DNA of 64,000 bases from Mobula hypostoma (Eukaryota), in NCBI RefSeq assembly GCF_963921235.1, contig NC_086097.1, positions 174,904,001-174,968,000 on the forward strand, written 5' to 3'. The position numbers and the translations under genes are program-made. Numbering within the stretch: the stretch's first letter is position 1; each line of letters starts with the position of its first letter. Positions 24,601 through 37,319 of this stretch are shown here, in pieces. Below the pieces are notes generated by a model. It was not told where the DNA came from. It ran no database searches and was given only the letters and a program-made list of their open reading frames with translations.

Positions 24601-27600
24601 AGATTTTGGGGATGGAATGGTTTTGGTCATGGGCTGGGGATGGGGGTATGGAATGGATTTCGTATTTGACCGTGGGATGGGGATGGAACGGTTCTGACTG
24701 TGGGATGGGGATGGAATGTTTTTGGGAATTGGATGGTTTTGACCGTGGGATGGGGATGGAAAGGTTTTGGGGATGGAATGGTTTTGGCCATGGGCTGGGG
24801 ATGGGGAGATGGAACGGGTTTCGGATTTGACCGTGGGATGGGGATGGAATGGTTTTGACGGTGGGATGGGGATAAAATGGTTTTGGCTGTGGGATGGGGA
24901 TGAAATGCTTTTGGCCATGGGATGGGGATGGGATGGTTCTGACTGTGGGATGGGGATGGAATGGTTTTGGGGATGGGATGGTTTTGACCGTGGGATGGAG
25001 ATGGAACAGTTCTGATTGTGGGATGGGGATGGAATGGTTTTGGGGATGGAATGGTTTTGGCCGTGGGCTGGGGATGGGGGGGATGGAACGGGTTTCGGAT
25101 TTGCCTGTGGGATGGGGATGGAATGGTTTTGACAGTGGGATGGTGATAAAATGGTTTTGGCCGTGGGATGGAATGGTTTTGGCCGTGGGATGGGGATGGA
25201 ATGAATTTGGCCGTGGGATGGAGATGGAATGGTTTTGGCCGTGGGATGGAGATGGGATGGTATTGACCGTGGGATGGGGATGGAATGGTTTTGGCCGTGG
25301 ATTGGGGATGGAATGGTTTTGACCCTGGGATGGGATGGAATGGTTTTGGCTGTGAGATGCGGATGGAATGGTTTTGACCATGGGATGGGGATGAAATGGT
25401 TTTGACCATGGGATGGGGATGGAATGGTTTTGACCATGGGATAGGAATGGAAAGGTTTTGGGGATGGGATGGTTTTGACTGGGATGGGGATGGAAAGGTT
25501 TTGGGGATAGAAAGGTTTTGGGGATGGAATGGTTTTGGCTGCGGGATGGGGATGGAACAGATTTGACTGTGGGATGGGGATGGAACGGTTTTGACCGTGG
25601 GATGGGGATGGAATAGTTTTGGCCGTGGGATGGAGATGGAATAGTTTTGGCCGTGGGATGGGGATGAAGTGGTTTTGACCGTGGGATGGGGATGGGATGG
25701 TTTTGACTGTGGGATGGGGATGGGGATGGAACGGATTTGACCGTGGGATGGGGATGGAACAGATTTGACTGTGTGATGGGGATGGAATGGTTTTGACCGT
25801 GGGATGGGGATAAAGTGTTTTCGGCTGTGGGATGGAGATGGAAAGATTTTGGGGATGGAATGGTTTTGGCCGTGGGATGGGGATGGAACGGTTTTGACCA
25901 TGGGATGGGGATGGAATGGTTTTGACCGTGGGATTGGAATGAAATGGTTTTGGCCATGGGATGGGGATGGAATGGTTTTGGCCGTGGGATGAGGATGGAA
26001 TGGTTTTGTCCGTGGAATGGTGATGGAATGGTTTTGACTGTGGGATGGGGATGGAATGGTTTTGGCCGTGGGATGGAGGTGGGATGGTATTGACCGTGGG
26101 ATGGAGATGGAATGGTTTTGGCCGTGGGATGAGGATGGAATGGTTTTGTCCGTGGGATGGTGATGGAATGGTTTTGACTGTGGGATGGGGATGGAATGGT
26201 TTTGGCCGTGGGATGGAGGTGGGATGGTATTGACCGTGGGATGGAGATGGAATGGTTTTGGCCGTGGGATGGGGATGGAATGGTTCTGACCGTGGGATAG
26301 GGATGGAATGAACTTGGCCGTGGGATGGGGATGGAATGGTTTTGGCCGTGGGATGGAATGGTTTTGGCCGTGGGATGGGATGGTTTTGGCCGTGAGATGG
26401 GATGGTTTTGACCGTGAGATGGGATGGTTTTGACCGTGGGATTGGGATGGAATGGTTTTGACCGTGGGATGGGGATGGGATGATTTTGACCGTGGGATGG
26501 GGATGGAAAGGTTTTGGGGATGGAATGGTTTTGGCCGTGGGCTGGGGATGGGGGGATGGAACGGGTTTCGGATTTGACCGTGGGATGGGGATGGAACAGA
26601 TTTGCCTGTGGGATGGGGATGGAATGGTTTTGACGGTGGGATGGGGATGAAATGCTTTTGGCCGTGGGATGGGGATTGGATGGTTTTGACCGTGGGATGG
26701 GGATGGAATGGTTTTGGCCGTGGGCTGGGGATGGGGGGGATGGAACGGATTTCGTATTTGACTGTGGGATGGGGATGGAACGGTTCTGACTGTGGGATGG
26801 GGATGGAATGGTTTTGGGAATTGGATGGTTTTGACCGTGGGATGGGGATGGAAAGGTTTCGGGGATGGAATGGTTTTGGCCATGGGCTGGGGATGGGGAG
26901 ATGGAACGGGTTTCGGATTTGACCGTGGGATGGGGATGGAATGGTTTTGACGGTGGGATGGGGATAAAATGGTTTTGGCCGTGGGATGGGGATGAAATGC
27001 TTTTGGCCGTGGGATGGGGATGGGATGGTTTTGACCGTGGGATGGGGATGGAATGGTTTTGGTCATGGGCTGGGGATGGGGGTATGGAATGGATTTCGTA
27101 TTTGACCGTGGGATGGGGATGGAACGGTTCTGACTGTGGGATGGGGATGGAATGGTTTTGGGAATTGGATGGTTTTGACCGTGGGATGGGGATGGAAAGG
27201 TTTTGGGGATGGAAAGGTTTTGGCCATGGGCTGGGGATGGGGAGATGGAACGGGTTTCGGATTTGACCGTGGGATGGGGATGGAATGGTTTTGACGGTGG
27301 GATGGGGATAAAATGGTTTTGGCCGTGGGATGGGGATGAAATGCTTTTGGCCATGGGATGGGGATGGGATGGTATTGACCGTGGGATGGGGATGGAATGG
27401 TTTTGGCCGTGGATTGGGGATGGAATGGTTTTGGGGATGGGATGGTTTTGACCGTGGGATGGAGATGGAACAGTTCTGATTGTGGGATGGGGATGGAATG
27501 GTTTTGGGGATGGGATGATTTTGACCGTGGGATGGGGATGGAATGGTTTTGGCCGTGGGCTGGGGATGGGGGAGATGGAACGGGTTTCGGATTTGCCTGT

Positions 27601-30600
27601 GGGATGGGGATGGAATGGTTTTGACAGTGGGATGGGGATAAAATGGTTTTGGCCGTGGGATGGAATGGTTTTGGCCGTGGGATGGGGATGGAATGAATTT
27701 GGCTGTGGGATGGAGATGGAATGGTTTTGGCCGTGGGATGGAGATGGGATGGTATTGACCGTGGGATGGGGATGGAATGGTTTTGGCCGTGGATTGGGGA
27801 TGGAATGGTTTTGACCCTGGGATGGGATGGAATGGTTTTGGCTGTGGGATGCGGATGGAATGGTTTTGACCATGGGATGGGGATGAAATGGTTTTGACCA
27901 TGGGATGGGGATGGAATGGTTTTGACCATGGGATGGGAATGGAAAGGTTTTGGGGATGGGATGGTTTGGACTGGGATGGGGATGGAAAGGTTTTGGGGAT
28001 AGAAAGGTTTTGGGGATGGAATGGTTTTGGCTGCGGGATGGGGATGGAATAGTTTTGGCCGTGGGATGGGGATGGAATGGTTTTGGCCGTGGGATGGAGA
28101 TGGAATAGTTTTGGCCGTGGGATGGGGATGAAGTGGTTTTGACCGTGGGATGGGGATGGGATGGTTTTGACTGTGGGATGGGGATGGGGATGGAACGGAT
28201 TTGACCGTGGGATGGGGATGGAACAGATTTGACTGTGTGATGGGGATGGAATGGTTTTGACCGTGGGATGGGGATAAAGTGTTTTCGGCTGTGGGATGGA
28301 GATGGAAAGATTTTGGGGATGGAATGGTTTTGGTCATGGGCTGGGGATGGGGGTATGGAATGGATTTCGTATTTGACCGTGGGATGGGGATGGAACGGTT
28401 CTGACTGTGGGATGGGGATGGAATGTTTTTGGGAATTGGCTGGTTTTGACCGTGGGATGGGGATGGAAAGGTTTTGGGGATGGAATGGTTTTGGCCATGG
28501 GCTGGGGATGGGGAGATGGAACGGGTTTCGGATTTGACCGTGGGATGGGGATGGAATGGTTTTGACGGTGGGATGGGGATAAAATGGTTTTGGCTGTGGG
28601 ATGGGGATGAAATGCTTTTGGCCATGGGATGGGGATGGGATGGTTCTGACTGTGGGATGGGGATGGAATGGTTTTGGGGATGGGATGGTTTTGACCGTGG
28701 GATGGAGATGGAACAGTTCTGATTGTGGGATGGGGATGGAATGGTTTTGGGGATGGAATGGTTTTGGCCGTGGGCTGGGGATGGGGGGGATGGAACGGGT
28801 TTCGGATTTGCCTGTGGGATGGGGATGGAATGGTTTTGACAGTGGGATGGTGATAAAATGGTTTTGGCCGTGGGATGGAATGGTTTTGGCCGTGGGATGG
28901 AATGGTTTTGGCCGTGGGATGGGGATGGAATGAATTTGGCCGTGGGATGGAGATGGAATGGTTTTGGCCGTGGGATGGAGATGGGATGGTATTGACCGTG
29001 GGATGGGGATGGAATGGTTTTGGCCGTGGATTGGGGATGGAATGGTTTTGACCCTGGGATGGGATGGAATGGTTTTGGCTGTGAGATGCGGATGGAATGG
29101 TTTTGACCATGGGATGGGGATGAAATGGTTTTGACCATGGGATGGGGATGGAATGGTTTTGACCATGGGATAGGAATGGAAAGGTTTTGGGGATGGGATG
29201 GTTTTGACTGGGATGGGGATGGAAAGGTTTTGGGGATAGAAAGGTTTTGGGGATGGAATGGTTTTGGCTGCGGGATGGGGATGGAACAGATTTGACTGTG
29301 GGATGGGGATGGAACGGTTTTGACCGTGGGATGGGGATGGAATAGTTTTGGCCGTGGGATGGAGATGGAATAGTTTTGGCCGTGGGATGGGGATGAAGTG
29401 GTTTTGACCGTGGGATGGGGATGGGATGGTTTTGACTGTGGGATGGGGATGGGGATGGAACGGATTTGACCGTGGGATGGGGATGGAACAGATTTGACTG
29501 TGTGATGGGGATGGAATGGTTTTGACCGTGGGATGGGGATAAAGTGTTTTCGGCTGTGGGATGGAGATGGAAAGATTTTGGGGATGGAATGGTTTTGGCC
29601 GTGGGATGGGGATGGAACGGTTTTGACCATGGGATGGGGATGGAATGGTTTTGACCGTGGGATTGGAATGAAATGGTTTTGGCCATGGGATGGGGATGGA
29701 ATGGTTTTGACCGTGGGATGGGGATAAAGTGTTTTCGGCTGTGGGATGGAGATGGAAAGATTTTGGGGATGGAATGGTTTTGGTCATGGGCTGGGGATGG
29801 GGGTATGGAATGGATTTCGTATTTGACCGTGGGATGGGGATGGAACGGTTCTGACTGTGGGATGGGGATGGAATGTTTTTGGGAATTGGATGGTTTTGAC
29901 CGTGGGATGGGGATGGAAAGGTTTTGGGGATGGAATGGTTTTGGCCATGGGCTGGGGATGGGGAGATGGAACGGGTTTCGGATTTGACCGTGGGATGGGG
30001 ATGGAATGGTTTTGACGGTGGGATGGGGATAAAATGGTTTTGGCTGTGGGATGGGGATGAAATGCTTTTGGCCATGGGATGGGGATGGGATGGTTCTGAC
30101 TGTGGGATGGGGATGGAATGGTTTTGGGGATGGGATGGTTTTGACCGTGGGATGGAGATGGAACAGTTCTGATTGTGGGATGGGGATGGAATGGTTTTGG
30201 GGATGGAATGGTTTTGGCCGTGGGCTGGGGATGGGGGGGATGGAACGGGTTTCGGATTTGCCTGTGGGATGGGGATGGAATGGTTTTGACAGTGGGATGG
30301 TGATAAAATGGTTTTGGCCGTGGGATGGAATGGTTTTGGCCGTGGGATGGAATGGTTTTGGCCGTGGGATGGGGATGGAATGAATTTGGCCGTGGGATGG
30401 AGATGGAATGGTTTTGGCCGTGGGATGGAGATGGGATGGTATTGACCGTGGGATGGGGATGGAATGGTTTTGGCCGTGGATTGGGGATGGAATGGTTTTG
30501 ACCCTGGGATGGGATGGAATGGTTTTGGCTGTGAGATGCGGATGGAATGGTTTTGACCATGGGATGGGGATGAAATGGTTTTGACCATGGGATGGGGATG

Positions 30601-33600
30601 GAATGGTTTTGACCATGGGATAGGAATGGAAAGGTTTTGGGGATGGGATGGTTTTGACTGGGATGGGGATGGAAAGGTTTTGGGGATAGAAAGGTTTTGG
30701 GGATGGAATGGTTTTGGCTGCGGGATGGGGATGGAACAGATTTGACTGTGGGATGGGGATGGAACGGTTTTGACCGTGGGATGGGGATGGAATGGTTTTG
30801 GCCGTGGGATGGAGATGGAATAGTTTTGGCCGTGGGATGGGGATGAAGTGGTTTTGACCGTGGGATGGGGATGGGATGGTTTTGACTGTGGGATGGGGAT
30901 GGGGATGGAACGGATTTGACCGTGGGATGGGGATGGAACAGATTTGACTGTGGGATGGGGATGGAATGGTTTTGACGGTGGGATGGGGATGAAATGGTTT
31001 TGGCTGTGGGATGGAGATGGAAAGATTTTGGGGATGGAATGGTTTTGGCCGTGGGATGGGGATGGAACGGTTTTGACCATGGGATGGGGATGGAATGGTT
31101 TTGACCGTGGGATTGGAATGAAATGGTTTTGGCCATGGGATGGGGATGGAATGGTTTTGGCCGTGGGATGAGGATGGAATGGTTTTGTCCGTGGAATGGT
31201 GATGGAATGGTTTTGACTGTGGGATGGGGATGGAATGGTTTTGGCCGTGGGATGGAGGTGGGATGGTATTGACCGTGGGATGGAGATGGAATGGTTTTGG
31301 CCGTGGGATGGGGATGGAATGGTTCTGACCGTGGGATAGGGATGGAATGAACTTGGCCGTGGGATGGGGATGGAATGGTTTTGGCCGTGGGATGGAATGG
31401 TTTTGGCTGTGAGATGCGGATGGAATGGTTTTGACCATGGGATGGGGATGAAATGGTTTTGACCATGGGATGGGGATGGAATGGTTTTGACCATGGGATA
31501 GGAATGGAAAGGTTTTGGGGATGGGATGGTTTTGACTGGGATGGGGATGGAAAGGTTTTGGGGATAGAAAGGTTTTGGGGATGGAATGGTTTTGGCTGCG
31601 GGATGGGGATGGAACAGATTTGACTGTGGGATGGGGATGGAACGGTTTTGACCGTGGGATGGGGATGGAATGGTTTTGGCCGTGGGATGGAGATGGAATA
31701 GTTTTGGCCGTGGGATGGGGATGAAGTGGTTTTGACCGTGGGATGGGGATGGGATGGTTTTGACCGTGGGATGGGGATGGGGATGGAACGGATTTGACCG
31801 TGGGATGGGGATGGAACGGATTTGACTGTGGGATACGGATGGAATGGTTTTGACCGTGGGATGGGGATAAAATGGTTTTGGCTGTGGGATGGAGATGGAA
31901 AGATTTTGGGGATGGAATGGTTTTGGCCGTGGGATGGGGATGGAACGGTTTTGACCATGGGATGGGGATGGAATGGTTTTGACCGTGGGATTGGAATGAA
32001 ATGGTTTTGGCCATGGGATGGGGATGGAATGGTTTTGGCCGTGGGATGAGGATGGAATGGTTTTGTCCGTGGAATGGTGATGGAATGGTTTTGACTGTGG
32101 GATGGGGATGGAATGGTTTTGGCCGTGGGATGGAGGTGGGATGGTATTGACCGTGGGATGGAGATGGAATGGTTTTGGCCGTGGGATGAGGATGGAATGG
32201 TTTTGTCCGTGGGATGGTGATGGAATGGTTTTGACTGTGGGATGGGGATGGAATGGTTTTGGCCGTGGGATGGAGGTGGGATGGTATTGACCGTGGGATG
32301 GAGATGGAATGGTTTTGGCCGTGGGATGGGGATGGAATGGTTCTGACCGTGGGATAGGGATGGAATGAACTTGGCCGTGGGATGGGGATGGAATGGTTTT
32401 GGCCGTGGGATGGAATGGTTTTGGCCGTGGGATGGGATGGTTTTGGCCGTGAGATGGGATGGTTTTGACCGTGAGATGGGATGGTTTTGACCGTGGGATT
32501 GGGATGGAATGGTTTTGACCGTGGGATGGAGATGGGATGATTTTGACCGTGGGATGGGGATGGAAAGGTTTTGCGGATGGAATGGTTTTGGCCGTGGGCT
32601 GGGGATGGAATGGTTTTGGCCGTGGGATGGGGATGGAATGAACTTGGCCGTGGGATGGGGATGGAATGGTTTTGGCCGTGGGATGGGGATGGAACAGTTT
32701 TGACCATGGGATGGGGTTGGAATGGTTTTGGCTGTGGGATGGGTATGGAATGGTTTTGACTATGGGATGGGGATGGGGATAGAACGGATTTGACCGTGGG
32801 ATGGGGATGGAATGGTTTTGGCCGTGGGATGGGGATGAAATGGTTTTGGCTGTGGGATGGGGATGAAATGGTTTTGGCCATGGGATGGGGATGGAATGGT
32901 TTTGGCCATGGGATGAGGATGGAATGGTTTTAGCCATGGGATGAGGATGGAATGGTTTTGTCCGTGGGATGGGGATGGAATGGTTTTGACTGTGGGATGG
33001 AGGTGGAAAGGTTTTGGGGATGGAATGGTTTTGGCCGTGGGCTGGGGATGGAATGGTTTTGGCCGTGGGATGGGGATGGAATGAATTTGGCCGTGGGATG
33101 GGGATGGAATGAACTTGGCCGTGGGATGGGGATGAGATGGTTTTGGCCATGGGATGGAATGGTTTTGACCGTGGGATTGGGATGGAACAGATTTGACCGT
33201 GGGCTTGGGATGGAACAGATTTGACCGTGGGATGGAACAGATTTGACCATGGGATGGGGATAGAAAGGTTTTGGGGATGGAATGGTTTTGGCCGTGGGAT
33301 GGGGATGGAACAGTTTTGACCATGGGATGGGGTTGGAATGGTTTTGGCTGTGGGATGGGTATGGAATGGTTCTGACCGTGCGATGGTTTTGACCATGGGA
33401 TGGGGATGGGACGGATTTGGCCGTGGGATGGGGATGGGACGGATTTGGCCGTGGGATGGGGATGGGATGGTTTTGACCGTGGGATGGAGATGAAATAGTT
33501 TTGGCTGTGGGATGGGGATGGAACGGATTTGACCATGGGATGGGGATGGAATGGTTTTGACTGTGGGTTGGGCATGGAATGGTTTTGACAGTGGGATGGG

Positions 33601-34534
33601 GATGGAACGGTTTTGTCCATGGGATGGGGATGGAATGGTTTTGACCGTTTGACCGTGGGATGGAGATGAAATAGTTTTGGCTGTGGGATGGGGATGGAAC
33701 GGATTTGGCCATGGGATGGGGATGGAACGGATTTGACCGTGGGATGGGGATGGAACAGTTTTGACCGTGAGATGGGGATGAAACGGTTTTGGCCGTGGGA
33801 TGGGAATGGAAAGGTTTTGGGGATGCAATGGTTTTGACTGTGGGTTGGGGATGGAAAGGTTTTGTCCGTGGGATGGGGATGGCAATGGTTTTGACCGTGG
33901 GATGGGGATGTAATGGTTTTGGCCGTGGGATGGAATGGTTTTGACTGTGGGTTGGGCATAGAATGGTTTTGACAGTGGGATGGGGATGGAACGGTTTTGT
34001 CCATGGGATGGGGATGGAATGGTTTTGACCGTTTGACCGTGGGATGGAGATGAAATAGTTTTGGCTGTGGGATGGGGATGGAACGGATTTGGCCATGGGA
34101 TGGGGATGGAACGGATTTGACCGTGGGATGGGAATGGAACGGTTTTGACCGTGAGATGGGGATGAAACGGTTTTGGCCGTGGGATGGGAATGGAAAGGTT
34201 TTGGGGATGCAATGGTTTTGACTGTGGGTTGGGGATGGAAAGGTTTTGTCCGTGGGATGGGGATGGAAAGGTTTTGTCCGTGGGATGGGGATGGCAATGG
34301 TTTTGACCGTGGGATGTGGATGGAATGGTTTTGACCGTGGGATGTGGATGGAATGGTTTTGGTCGTGCAATGGGGATGGAATGGTTTTGACTGTGGGTTG
34401 GGCATGGAATGGTTTTGACAGTGGGATGGGGATGGAACGGTTTTGTCCGTGGGATGGGGATGGAATGGTTTTGACCGTGGAATGGGGATGGAATGGTTTT
34501 GTCCGTGGGATGGGGATGGAATGGTTTTGACCGT
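21608..34534. repeat. ~12.9 kb G-rich satellite/minisatellite, consensus 28-mer GGGATGGGGATGGAATGGTTTTG(A/G)CCGT with 17-, 22- and 34-nt variants and kb-scale internal duplications
   Basis: Directly visible tandem array with sharp ends. Identical ORF translations recur at fixed offsets (23136 vs 26865; 24767 vs 28474 vs 29924). Confidence 0.98.
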
Positions 34535-35948
34535 TGGTTAGAGAACAGAATTACTACCACTTCAGGCTTCATTTTTGTTTCAGTCACTGTATCACGGATG
34601 CACTGATTGCAAACTGGGGTGCATACATTGTCCATCAGTGGTTACATTGTTCATCAGCTTGTTTGAGCAGCTGGTACATTTCTGCCCCATGGAATCTTGC
34701 ACTTATATGGATTCAAGGGCAAAACATACAGATGTTTAAGGGAATAAAAGATATCAATGATCAAGTATCAACTTTATTTTCCATATACGTTTACATGGAT
34801 TAGGAATTTGCTGTGATGTGTTGCGCAACATGTAACAACAAATTCAACAATTATAAAGAATTGTGTAAAATAAAGTTAGAAGTATGGATATGGAATAAAA
34901 TGTACATGAATACATAAATACCAGCATGCATTTACAATGTATACAGCATTATAAAAAATGGCTTAAAGTGTTTCCGTGCAGTGACTGATGTAATAGATAG
35001 AAGTGATATGGGAATAGTGTGGGATTGTGCTCTCAAGGCGGAGGGACAACCTTGCTTTTAAATGGCTTTGCAGATTGTAAGGACCTACTATGGTTCCTGG
35101 CAGCAAAATAAAATGCTAGTTCAGGCACAATGGGCCAAATGGCTTCAGCTACACCAATTTGAGTTAAGATAAAGGAAATCAGGAGGCTGAGAGTCGTCAG
35201 ACATATCCACCCTGACTGGTGTAAGGTGAGATGAATCTGCTAGAGTCCAGGAGGTATAATGGAGACCAGAACCAGGTAGGCCATCTGATTTTCTTCTGTA
35301 TTTTTCAGTTTTTATTCATCAAAATCTGGTCATTTTATTTGCTAAAATAAACCTAAGAGATGCATCAATTTTCATTCATCATAGTGCGCAATGCAATTGA
35401 GATTATCATATATACACTTGTATTAATAGTCATATTACTCATTAAAATGTGGCTAGATACACACAAGTGAACTGTGCATCTCTTATGCAGATGCATGGAC
35501 GTTTTGAAAATCAGATCCAAATTTCTGAAAGCAAAATGAAAATGAAAATTTGGCATGGTCAATATTTATTTGCAGTGTAGAGTTTTACAGATGAAATAAA
35601 ACTTCAAAGCCTTTGGGAGTTGCTTTTTATTGATTAAAACCAGAAATTTCTAGCTCTAGGGTGAAACAGCTCAACAATAATTCAAACTGGAGTAATTCTA
35701 AGTATACTTGTGGTATAGTGTTGCCTGTAGGAAACGAATTAAAAGACAATTAAGCAGGGCAAAGATTTAGTTGTGGAACTTTTATCCAAACCACTGATGT
35801 GTGTTTACTTAAATTCCAGAGAGTAAGTTAGCCTTCAGAAACCTGAACCCAATGAACCTCACTCCACTGGAGGCAGAAGCCATGAGGAATGCCCATACAA
35901 TGATAAGTGATTTACAAATAAGCATCTTAATTCGATGCATGGCAAAAC

Positions 35949-36049
35949 GTGTGTTCGTCCATCATCGACGTCGATGAGGACCTCGACACCATTATGATGG
36001 TGTCAAGACCAGCACGTGGTTTGGATTTAAGTGAGGGAGAGTTGCGCAT
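35949..36049 (-). mobile_element. Short RTE-type LINE 3' terminus with stem-loops
   Basis: Minus strand reads ctccctcacttaaatccaa...gtcttgacaccatc..ggtgtcgaggtcctcatcgacgtcgatgatggacgaacacac. Flanked by AAAAC repeats (35944-35948, 36050-36054). Family assigned from memory. Confidence 0.55.
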
Positions 36050-36289
36050 AAAACATAATTATAATTGTCCTAATATACATGGGTTCAAATCTTGTCTCTC
36101 AGCTCATTAAAGAACTGAAAGTAATGTAAGAGCTCTACATTTTAAGATTGTTAAGAACAATCTTAAATCTAGGCTGAAAGGTTCCTTGTTGGACTTCAAC
36201 CTGATTTAGTAGTTGATAAGTAAGCAGACATTTATATAGCACTTGCTATAACCAAAGAATCACGAGAAGAGCAATAATAACCAGAAGAG

Positions 36290-36500
36290 ACACTACAGAT
36301 GCTGGAAACTGGGGCAACATAAAAAGCACTGGAGAAACTCAATAGATCAGGTATCATTTCTGGAGGGAAATGGATAGTTTATGTTTTGGTTCGAGACCCT
36401 TCATCTCAGGTGAACAGTCTCGACCCAAAATGTCGACAGCCACTTCCCTCCAAAGATGATGCCTGCCCGCTGAGTTCTTCCAGTGTCTTTTGTGTTGCTA
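36290..36500. mobile_element. Palindromic Penelope-derived terminal-repeat element
   Basis: Arms 36314-36406 and 36408-36498 are imperfect reverse complements. Each carries the (tga)agggtctcg.ccc.aaa.gtcgac motif. Confidence 0.75.
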
Positions 36501-37319
36501 ACAACTAACCAAGTTCCTTTTGAAGAGCAGTTGCTCCTCTAGAAAAGCAAAATTTCAGTGAATTGAAGGATAAATATTGGCCTGGACTTCAAACTGGGCT
36601 CATCTGCACACTTTGGTATATCTGAGAGTGAGTAGATGTTTGAACATTGGTCTCAGTAAGCCACAGTTGACTTCTGAAATCCTCATTAACTGGAGACTAT
36701 CATTTGTCAGGATGCTCAACATAAATTCAAAACTGGAAGCAAGAATCCCATTCATCGTCTCCCAAAGCCCTGCATGATCACATAGCTGCAGAAGGGAAAG
36801 CCATGATAGAGGCCTAGAAAGCCAAAATAAACAAAAGCACTATGAAATTTGAGAACATCTGTGAATGTTCTAAGACAAAATCTTACAATCTGTGTAAACA
36901 TGTTCTTCAATGTGTTACCAATTATTTCATTACATAGAGATCACTATCTTTATAGTTGTCATCATTTGCCAAGTCAAAAAGCTACATGTAGCCAAGATAA
37001 GTTGGAACATCGTTCATGTTCTGATGGTTCCATTGTTGCCGATGGCGTTTTAAAAACCTTTAATCGCTGATTCTACAGAAATAGATGGAAAACTCTCCAA
37101 TGTGTCATGCCTCTTGAATCCCCAAATCTTTCCTTTTGCCCAGCTTGGGATGGAATCGCCTGCACATGTGTGGACAGGGTAATTGGGGTCGTTTATCAGA
37201 ATGGAGGCCTGAGTCTAGCAGTGTGATATGGGGTTTGGTGCTAGAACATTTGCTGTAACTTGTATAAAAGATTTGGATGTGAATGTACATACAAGTTATG
37301 GCTAGTAAGTCTGTGGAGT

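Noticed and set aside
21624..34530. Plus-strand Gly/Trp/Met-rich short ORFs
   Set aside because: These are direct translations of the satellite, repeatedly stopped by the TGA in TTTTGACC.
21608..34534. CRISPR array or telomeric repeat
   Set aside because: There are no unique spacers and no cas genes, the context is vertebrate, and the monomer contains no TTAGGG.
21530..34635. Giant Pro/His/Ser-rich ORFs (2123, 3881, 1515 aa and others) as a real mucin- or extensin-like gene
   Set aside because: All three frames give the same peptide, monomer lengths are not multiples of 3, and there is no signal peptide or clear splice structure. The unique C-terminal tail (21530-21606) is a CR1 remnant. 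Kept only as a low-priority finding.
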